This document shows positions 57,475-64,000 of a stretch of 64,000 nt of DNA, in pieces. Below the pieces are notes generated by a model that saw only the letters and a program-made list of their open reading frames with translations, was not told the origin of the DNA and ran no database searches. The stretch is from positions 31,490 through 95,489 of the IMG/VR virus record IMGVR_UViG_3300030330_005655. One strand, written 5' to 3'. How positions within the stretch are numbered: position 1 is the first letter of the stretch; every line of letters begins with the position of its first letter. The translations under genes were made by a program, and so were the position numbers. The DNA comes from a virus (lineage: Duplodnaviria; Caudoviricetes).

Positions 57475-57964
57475 CTTTTTCCTTATGAAATAATTCGTTC
57501 AGTCTTTTAAATAGACTATTGCAAACCATAAAGGCGTTCTTTTTATTTCCGCAAAATAATATTTTTGTATCATACCACAATTGAAATTCTATAACGCACT
57601 TTAATAAGTACTTTCCTGTAATCTTAACCTTTGGCCTCATCGACATTGGAACTTTTGAATTTTCTGGATATTTCAAAAGATCGTCCATCGAAAACTCGCA
57701 AATTATAAAAGAGAACGGGTAGTCCTTCATACGCTCCATCTCGGCCTGAAAAGGTTTCTTTTTTCTGCCAAGATTCATCGCGATTTCGGAGGTGCAGCCT
57801 TTTCTTTCTACGCATACAACGTCTTCAAAATCTTGAAGGGTATAATCTCCAGTTGTAAGCGTTCCGACCTCCATGCCGTCACACTTATCATAAGGAGAGA
57901 AAAACCACCCGTCCTGTTCTCTTGTGTCTTTTATTACTTTATAATTTGGTATATTTTTTTTCAT
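57461..57964 (-). CDS. ERCC4-domain nuclease
   Basis: DTREQ, L.TGDY, VERK. Confidence 0.85.
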   Translation of the reverse strand: MKKNIPNYKVIKDTREQDGWFFSPYDKCDGMEVGTLTTGDYTLQDFEDVVCVERKGCTSEIAMNLGRKKKPFQAEMERMKDYPFSFIICEFSMDDLLKYPENSKVPMSMRPKVKITGKYLLKCVIEFQLWYDTKILFCGNKKNAFMVCNSLFKRLNELFHKEKDVKH

Positions 57965-57970
57965 AGGCTT

Positions 57971-58264
57971 TTAAGGATATACTATTTTCCAAATACTACC
58001 TTTAGTAAGTCTGGGTTTGTGATGCTCCCCGCGAAACTCTTTAACCACTTTATTAAAAATTCTAACATCTTGCTCTATAACTATTTCAACACTGCCATTT
58101 TTGTTAGACCTAATTTTTTCAACAATTTTATCAATAGTTTCTTCGGAAGGCTCTGGAGTCCGTTCCGGTTTTTGGGGTTTTGGTTTCGGAATATGGTCAC
58201 TTCCGCGAAAAGCGAATTCAGATTTTATATCTCTATTTTCTTTTAAAAACTCTTTATTCATCAT
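57971..58264 (-). CDS. Small protein; C-terminal domain paralogous to the C-terminus of CDS 4993-6093
   Basis: DVRIFN..EFRGEH.KPRL.KG.IWKIVYP. Confidence 0.7.
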   Translation of the reverse strand: MMNKEFLKENRDIKSEFAFRGSDHIPKPKPQKPERTPEPSEETIDKIVEKIRSNKNGSVEIVIEQDVRIFNKVVKEFRGEHHKPRLTKGSIWKIVYP

Positions 58265-58266
58265 AC

Positions 58267-58539
58267 CTACCCCTTGTTATTAATTAATTGTGTAAAATAG
58301 GAAGCGTAATGAGACTCTTTGCCAGTAACAGACTTATGACACTCGCTACAAAGCGTTATTCCATTGTCAACATCATATCTTAAAGAAGATGCTGACGACC
58401 ACTTCATTATGTGGTGAACATTAAGTCTGGCTTGTCTCCCCTTCTTTTTACACATTTGGCATGTAAAATTATCTCTTTTTAATACTTTTAGTCTAAACTC
58501 TTTGTAAATCGGATCGCTGTAATCTCGCCTCTTGGACAT
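58267..58539 (-). CDS. HNH endonuclease (terminase-associated type)
   Basis: VLKRDNFTCQMC..VHHI..NGITLC..CH. Confidence 0.88.
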   Translation of the reverse strand: MSKRRDYSDPIYKEFRLKVLKRDNFTCQMCKKKGRQARLNVHHIMKWSSASSLRYDVDNGITLCSECHKSVTGKESHYASYFTQLINNKG

Positions 58540-59575
58540 CGCTATCGACCATTCTTTCTGCTAATTGTTTAAATGAAATTTCAGGCTCCCAGCCCAATAC
58601 ACGTTTTGCTTTTGCTGGTATTCCCAATAAATAGTCTACTTCTGCGGGACGATAAAATTCTGGATCAATTACAACATACTCTTCCCAATCTGTAATTCCT
58701 ATATGGCTAAATGCTATCTGTAGAAACTCTCTGACCGAATGAGTCTCTCCAGTAGCCACTACATAGTCGTTTGGACTGGTATGCTGCATCATGTCCCACA
58801 TGGCCCTTACATAGTCTTCTGCGTGTCCCCAGTCGCGTTTCGCGTCAAGATTGCCTAATCTTAGTTTTGGAAACCTAGAATCATTGCAGCAAATATCATC
58901 TCCATCAAAACTTGCAGATACATAACCACAATCCATAGCCCACTTTTTGAATTCACCAATCCATTTTGTAATTTTTCTAGTAACAAACTTTTCTCCCCGT
59001 CTTTCGCTTTCGTGATTGAACAAAATACCACTACAAGCAAATATTCCATAGCTATCACGATAATTGCGAACAAGGTGATGTGCTGCTAATTTAGCAATAG
59101 CATATGGACTCTGCGGCATGAATGGTGTTTTCTCGTCTTGGTATTTAATCATCTCCGCAAGACCTTCTCGCAAATTGTAATTCTTACCAAACATTTCGCT
59201 AGAACTAGCTTGATAAAACTTAATATCATCTTTTCTGCCAGAATACCTTATCGCCTCTAGGATATTCAACACTCCACCAGCAGTAACATCCCAAGTTAGA
59301 CTAGGCTGCTTGAAGCTCGTTCCAACGTGTGATTGAGCAGCAAGGTTATAAATCTCGTCAGGCTCTTCTTTTTTGATCACATTACTAACACTAAACGCAT
59401 CTGTAATGTCTCCTTCGATTATTTTAATTTTTTGCAGGATGTGATTAATTCTATCTAGTGTTGGTACACTAACCCGCCTCGTTATTCCAACTACCTCATA
59501 TCCCTTTGCCAACAAAAGCTCTGCTAGATAACTTCCGTCTTGTCCTGTAATTCCGAAAATTATTGCTTTTTTCAT
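58493..59575 (-). CDS. gmd: GDP-mannose 4,6-dehydratase
   Basis: GITGQDGSYLAE, YNLAAQSHV, YQASSSEMFG, SPYAIAK, GILFNHES, LGNLDAKRDWGHA. Confidence 0.95.
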   Translation of the reverse strand: MKKAIIFGITGQDGSYLAELLLAKGYEVVGITRRVSVPTLDRINHILQKIKIIEGDITDAFSVSNVIKKEEPDEIYNLAAQSHVGTSFKQPSLTWDVTAGGVLNILEAIRYSGRKDDIKFYQASSSEMFGKNYNLREGLAEMIKYQDEKTPFMPQSPYAIAKLAAHHLVRNYRDSYGIFACSGILFNHESERRGEKFVTRKITKWIGEFKKWAMDCGYVSASFDGDDICCNDSRFPKLRLGNLDAKRDWGHAEDYVRAMWDMMQHTSPNDYVVATGETHSVREFLQIAFSHIGITDWEEYVVIDPEFYRPAEVDYLLGIPAKAKRVLGWEPEISFKQLAERMVDSDVQEARLQRSDLQRV

Positions 59576-60384
59576 TTTCCTTCCTCGTTTTTGATTAGTG
59601 TTTCCGGCGTCAAAAATGGCTGGTCAACCATACCATCCTCGTATTTGGAATACTCGGAAAGACGTTCTTTCTCCTTTTCGGTTGCCAATCGCATCTTTTC
59701 CATTTCTATTCCTATCTTGGTTCTAAAGTTTTCACTTGTTGCAATCTGCTTGACTAAAGATGCAAATGTTTGCTTTGAGTCTTCAATCGCTTTGATTCGT
59801 TGCTCTCTTGTGCCTTTTAAGTCCTTGAGCATCGTCGCCTTGCGAGCTTGAAGATCTTTGTAGTCTTTTGATAGGGTTTCTTGAGCGGCCCTTGTTACAG
59901 CAATTTGTCGCTCCATATTCATAATTAGATCCACATCGCGCTGATCTTTATCTCGCGACTTTTCATTCTGTACGATTCTTTCATTTGCCATGATGTCTTG
60001 TTGATTCTCATGCTGGGATCTTAATATTCTGTTCATGAGTATTTCAAGCTTGATTGTGTCGATTATTTGCATTTCTTCGGTATGAAACACATCGTCTTTG
60101 AACTGGCTCCACATTTTCTTGAAATGGAATTCAAACATGTCAAGCTCTTCTGACGAGAACTGATTTGACAATTCCCGATAATAAGGCTTTGTTTTTAATT
60201 CGTTTGCGACAGCCGCTTCTTTTTTCTGACTTGATGAAAAACCGACCTTTTTGGCAATCCAATCGCGAACAGACCCAGTATCTCTACCTAGTGTTTCTGC
60301 TATCGCTTCAGGCGAAAGAACCTCGCAGTTCTGCTCGATAAACTGCATTTCCTCGTTGGAAAACCTACCCTTTTTCAACATCAA
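59572..60384 (-). CDS. HTH/Myb-like plus coiled-coil protein (possible terminase small subunit)
   Basis: FSNEE..FI....S.E.IA..LGR..SV; helical body; upstream in the TerL operon. Confidence 0.45.
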   Translation of the reverse strand: MMLKKGRFSNEEMQFIEQNCEVLSPEAIAETLGRDTGSVRDWIAKKVGFSSSQKKEAAVANELKTKPYYRELSNQFSSEELDMFEFHFKKMWSQFKDDVFHTEEMQIIDTIKLEILMNRILRSQHENQQDIMANERIVQNEKSRDKDQRDVDLIMNMERQIAVTRAAQETLSKDYKDLQARKATMLKDLKGTREQRIKAIEDSKQTFASLVKQIATSENFRTKIGIEMEKMRLATEKEKERLSEYSKYEDGMVDQPFLTPETLIKNEEGK

Positions 60385-60913
60385 ACTCTCCGTCGATTAT
60401 TTCTTGTATTTTTTTTACAACCTTGTTTTTTCTAGATTTTGTAATCTTGCCCTTGTTTTTGATTCTAAGATAATCCGCCCTCATGAAAGCCGGAAGCTTT
60501 TCGTCTATTAAAGTCATTATCTCAGCCACATAAGCGTCATCTATTGTATTATCCCCAACAGCTACATGAAAAAGCTCATGTATATCAATTGGCTCAAGTA
60601 TATTTTTCTTGGCCTCTTGTATTTTTTGAGCTATGCCAACTTCATATCTGTAGTAATTATCACGCTTGAAGTTTTTGAGTCTATTGTTTAGATGCACGTA
60701 AAGAAAGTTTTCAAGAGACCTTTTTCCATCATAATCATCAATTGCTTTGGCCGCAATGATAAAAGCCTCTTGCTCTATGTCCTCTGAGTCATATGAAGTA
60801 AAAACATATTTATGTGATATTTTTTTGACAACTTTATTGAAAGCGTCCAGAAATTCTTGTTCTGTAATATTATTTGGAAGTCTCACCTTTTTCTTTTTCC
60901 TCCTCATCCTCAA
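60365..60913 (-). CDS. Phage sigma-factor-like protein (sigma70 region 2-like, probable late sigma); start uncertain
   Basis: EDIEQEAF..A.KAIDDYD..RSLENFLY....N...NF.R. Confidence 0.65.
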   Translation of the reverse strand: MRMRRKKKKVRLPNNITEQEFLDAFNKVVKKISHKYVFTSYDSEDIEQEAFIIAAKAIDDYDGKRSLENFLYVHLNNRLKNFKRDNYYRYEVGIAQKIQEAKKNILEPIDIHELFHVAVGDNTIDDAYVAEIMTLIDEKLPAFMRADYLRIKNKGKITKSRKNKVVKKIQEIIDGEFDVEKG

Positions 60914-61025
60914 GCAGAGACGCTATTGACTTGTCTTCTGCTTCTAGTTCCTTTTTGATTTCTTCTTGTAGTTCTGCGGTGGCTTTTACAACAAGCCTTG
61001 ATTCTATTTCTTTATTGTCACTCAT
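60870..61025 (-). CDS. Small acidic protein
   Basis: AAGGAG SD and late motif upstream of MSDNKE. Confidence 0.55.
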   Translation of the reverse strand: MSDNKEIESRLVVKATAELQEEIKKELEAEDKSIASLLEDEEEKEKGETSK

Positions 61026-61053
61026 AGTAAAAATCTCCTTTGCTAGTTTATAG

Positions 61054-61063
61054 TATATACACA
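61054..61063 (-). promoter_or_regulatory. Late-promoter motif TGTGTATATA heading the sigma/packaging operon
   Basis: Divergent intergenic region. Confidence 0.65.
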
Positions 61064-61142
61064 AAACAATAAAAAACACCAAAATATGTGCTTTTGTAAC
61101 TTTTGTTTTATATACTTATATAGGCCCAATATAAGGAAAATC

Positions 61143-61844
61143 ATGATAGACTATTGTATAGTGTGTGCGGGCGGAACGGGCAGCAGGCTTGGAGAAATAA
61201 CAAGATCGGTCAATAAGCATCTTTTGCCCATATCAACAAAGCCCGCAATATCGCACGTAATGGACTTGGCCCACAGAATTTGTAATAAAGTTTTTGTGGT
61301 GACTTCGCCCAATTATATATCGCCCATAGCCGCCCAATGTACAGGCGCAGCATTTGTAGCACAAAGAAACCCCAACGGAATAGTCGGGGCAATGATGGAA
61401 TGTGAACAATTTACACAAAACTCAAACATAGCAGTTTTACTTGCAGATAATTTGTTTGACGAGTCTTGCAGAAACATTATAACAGAGCGATCCAGAAGTT
61501 TTCAAAGTGGAGCAGAAATATTTGCAAAGAAAGTGGCTAATCCAGAAGATTATGGGGTTGTATCAATACGTAATGGTAAATTTTATAATGTGGAGGAAAA
61601 GCCTAAGATTCCTAGTACTGATATGGCTATGACGGGGGCTTTTTTGTTTGACTCTAGTGTTTGGAATTTTTGTAAGTCTTTAGAGTGTTCTCAAAGGGGC
61701 GAGTATGAAATTTCTGACTTGGTTAATTGTTATGGTTCTGGGGCGGGTGTGAATGTTAATATTATAAAGGGCGAGTGGTCTGACATTGGGGCTTCTATCG
61801 AACAATACTGGAAATCTACGGATAAATGGAGAAATATACTATGA
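61143..61844 (+). CDS. rmlA: Glucose-1-phosphate thymidylyltransferase (RmlA-like)
   Basis: AGGTGSRL..T..VNKHLLPI, Q..P.G, EEKP, RGEYEISD, W.D.G. Confidence 0.88.
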   Translation: MIDYCIVCAGGTGSRLGEITRSVNKHLLPISTKPAISHVMDLAHRICNKVFVVTSPNYISPIAAQCTGAAFVAQRNPNGIVGAMMECEQFTQNSNIAVLLADNLFDESCRNIITERSRSFQSGAEIFAKKVANPEDYGVVSIRNGKFYNVEEKPKIPSTDMAMTGAFLFDSSVWNFCKSLECSQRGEYEISDLVNCYGSGAGVNVNIIKGEWSDIGASIEQYWKSTDKWRNIL

Positions 61845-62803
61845 AAATATTGGTTACGGGCGCAAGAGGCTTTATTGGTAGTCATTTTATAAGAAGACTC
61901 AAAACTCAAATGCCCGAAGCTTCGATTGTGGCTTTTGGAAGAGATACAAATCAATGGAGCAAAAAAAGAGTAGAAGATTTGCAGGAAAATGTCAAGTGGA
62001 CTCATGGGGACTTGAATGGAGATATAAGTGGGCTTTGTGAGGGAGTGGATGTGGTTTTTAACTTTGCGGCCAGAACGTTTGTGGATCACTCTATTCGAGA
62101 TCCTGAGCCGTTTATTACAGCTAACGTTTTGGGGACAGCTAATTTGCTTGAAGAGGCGAGAAGGAATGGTGTTGGGGCGTTTTTTCAAGTAAGTACAGAC
62201 GAAGTGTATGGTCAAATACTTGAGGGCGCTCATCATGAGGAATCTCCTTTGTGTCCTAGAAATCCATATGCGGCAAGCAAAGCTGGGGCCGATGCGCTGG
62301 TTATTAGTTATGCTCACACATTCAATATGTGGACATGTGTAACAAGAACTGAAAATAACTATGGGTCGTGGCAGCATCCACAGAAAGCAATGCCGGTTTT
62401 TGTAAGTAAGGCATGTAACAATCAGCCAATACCTGTTTATGGAGATGGGCAGCACGTAAGACAGTGGTTGCATGTTAGCGATCACTGCGATGCTTTGATT
62501 GAGTTGCTAAAAGAAGGAAAACTTGGAAACAAGGTGGATAAAGGTGAGATTTTTCACGTTGCTGGAAATCAAGAAACAACAAATGAAGAATTAGCAAAGA
62601 AGATACTTCGTGTTTTGGGGCGACCTGATAGTTTGATTGAATATATTGATGATTTCAACATCAGGCCGGGACACGACAGAAGATATGCGCTTTCTTGTGA
62701 CAAAATCAAGAATGCAATTGGATGGGTTCCAAAGGTGGGGCTTGACGAGGGGCTGGCTGAAACAATCAAGTGGTATGCTGATAATCAATGGTGGTGCAAA
62801 TGA
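61841..62803 (+). CDS. rmlB: dTDP-glucose 4,6-dehydratase (RmlB)
   Basis: ILVTGARGFIGS, FAA.TFVD.SI, STDEVYG, YAASKAG, RPGHDRRY. Confidence 0.92.
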   Translation: MKILVTGARGFIGSHFIRRLKTQMPEASIVAFGRDTNQWSKKRVEDLQENVKWTHGDLNGDISGLCEGVDVVFNFAARTFVDHSIRDPEPFITANVLGTANLLEEARRNGVGAFFQVSTDEVYGQILEGAHHEESPLCPRNPYAASKAGADALVISYAHTFNMWTCVTRTENNYGSWQHPQKAMPVFVSKACNNQPIPVYGDGQHVRQWLHVSDHCDALIELLKEGKLGNKVDKGEIFHVAGNQETTNEELAKKILRVLGRPDSLIEYIDDFNIRPGHDRRYALSCDKIKNAIGWVPKVGLDEGLAETIKWYADNQWWCK

Positions 62804-62973
62804 TACAAAGTCCATGCACTAGGCATTGTTCTGTAAATATTGACGGTGTTTGTGTTGGTTGTCTCAGAACGAGACAAGAAATAACAGACTGGCGGGATTA
62901 TAGCGACGAACAGAAGCAACAGGTTCTTGATAATATTAAATTGCGTCAAAAAGAGGCAAATGGCGATAGCTAG
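62800..62973 (+). CDS. DUF1289-family small Cys protein
   Basis: SPC...C......C.GC.RT..EI..W......K..V; ATGA overlap with rmlB. Confidence 0.8.
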   Translation: MIQSPCTRHCSVNIDGVCVGCLRTRQEITDWRDYSDEQKQQVLDNIKLRQKEANGDS

Positions 62974-63032
62974 TGTCAATCGGAAATGTTTAGAAACGAC
63001 ATTATATTTTTGTTTGTTTGAGTTGTGTTTGA

Positions 63033-63169
63033 ACCACCCCCGCCCCCCGGCGGGGTGGTGTACACGTTTCTACTGAACAAATAACACCCCCCTATCGGTG
63101 GCGGCACACCCCTAACAATCTATGGCGGATATTCCCGCCTTAATCGACCATTTCCATTAGGGGGGTGTT
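63033..63169. repeat. GC-rich inverted repeats/hairpins in a non-coding gap
   Basis: Hairpin 63033-63059; perfect 12-bp stem 63083-63094/63158-63169 enclosing GGCGG/CCGCC. Confidence 0.7.
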
Positions 63170-63211
63170 GTCATTCTCAATAACAATTTTAATCAAAAAA
63201 ACTTTTATCGT

Positions 63212-63336
63212 CGTAAGTCTATACGTGACAACAACTTACGTCGATCATGCCGGAAAAACAAAAACTTTCTATTCTCAATAAGCAATCTCAAACTGAGACA
63301 GAATTGACGTAAGTCCTTATATACCAACGACTTGGC
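63212..63336. repeat. Two CGTAAGT-N15-ACTT spaced palindromes
   Basis: 63212-63240 has perfect arms; 63308-63336 has an imperfect right arm with the same spacing. Confidence 0.65.
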
Positions 63337-63412
63337 ACTAACCCCCTCTGATGGGGAATTTTGTAAGGGTAGAGACACTTGTTTTTCACAACTCGAAATT
63401 GAGACATTTAAC

Positions 63413-63853
63413 ATGGCACGCCGCAAAAAAGTTATCTCCCCTAGTATTCGCCGCCAAGTTATCGCCGCTGATAATCAGCGATGCAGAGCGTGTGGAATCA
63501 GCGATCCAGACGCCCTACAATGCGACCATATCGTGCCAGAGTCAAAGGGTGGTTCCACCGATCCAGCAAACCTGCAAACCCTTTGCGGGGTGTGCAACAA
63601 TCGCAAGGGTAATACTGACGTTGGAGAGCTAGCCGTTCTCCCCCCAGTAGAGGGATTCGGTGATTACAATGATGTCATGGCTCGCCGCACCGAGTTCTTG
63701 GAATTGCTTGCAACAGCACGCCAGCAAGAACTGGAATCAGTGCGGGCAGAGGTTGCAGAATGGCGATTGGCTGGAGTCCGTGGAGTTACAATCTACAATC
63801 GACTAGCCAAGCGATTCCCAGCCCGTCAGGTAGATAAATTTATGGCAAAGTGA
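63413..63853 (+). CDS. HNH endonuclease
   Basis: R..V...D...CRAC..L..DHIVP.SKGG....NLQTLC..CN..KG; start at MARRKK. Confidence 0.88.
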   Translation: MARRKKVISPSIRRQVIAADNQRCRACGISDPDALQCDHIVPESKGGSTDPANLQTLCGVCNNRKGNTDVGELAVLPPVEGFGDYNDVMARRTEFLELLATARQQELESVRAEVAEWRLAGVRGVTIYNRLAKRFPARQVDKFMAK

Positions 63854-63920
63854 CCTAACGTGTCACTGGCCTAGCCGACAATACTAATAACAAACAACAA
63901 CACTTTTTAGGATTAGATTT

Positions 63921-64000
63921 ATGTTTAACGTAGAATTCAACAACAAAAACGGCGAATGGGCTTTCCGTACTTTCCGCACTCAAGCCGCTGCGGACGTGTT
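63921..64000 (+). CDS. Partial hypothetical protein (runs off window)
   Basis: ATG with upstream AGGA; open to the end. Confidence 0.4.
   Translation, partial: MFNVEFNNKNGEWAFRTFRTQAAADV

Noticed and set aside
61730-62485. 251-aa minus-strand ORF
   Set aside because: Antisense to clear rmlA/rmlB genes.
1-64000. tRNA/rRNA genes, inteins/introns, stop-codon recoding
   Set aside because: None recognised; genes tile densely under the standard code and TerL, portal and MCP appear uninterrupted. A tRNAscan run would be needed to fully exclude tRNAs.

Overview
This window is part of a large, AT-rich tailed (siphovirus-like) phage genome. The minus strand from ~61.0 kb down to ~10.5 kb carries an almost complete morphogenesis region: sigma-like factor, terminase large subunit, portal, protease/scaffold, major capsid, head-tail proteins, tail tube, a 2920-aa tape-measure protein (TMP), tail-tip proteins and a 1391-aa fibre. 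Nine intergenic copies of a TGTGTATAWW motif, a probable late promoter, precede these genes. About 20 sugar-nucleotide, glycosyltransferase and glycan-tailoring genes flank and interleave with the virion genes: rmlA, two rmlB, gmd, FdtA/DegT-like, a CMP-transferase, three sialyltransferase-like proteins, GT8-like, tandem RgpF-like, a sulfotransferase, a pyruvyltransferase, a PRTase-HAD fusion and methyltransferases. Two tailoring cassettes sit directly behind fibre/tail-tip genes, and several virion proteins are very rich in Ser-Gly. The two best candidates for an undescribed system are (1) a phage-encoded, proteoglycan-like virion glycan coat, possibly organised by small docking/targeting domains, and (2) a polyprotein-like TMP with four copies of the FAxGG..DTVPAMLTPGEFV module bracketing cargo domains, one of them SHD1-like, which hints at a Planctomycetota host. 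All family assignments come from motif recognition by eye; no database searches were run.
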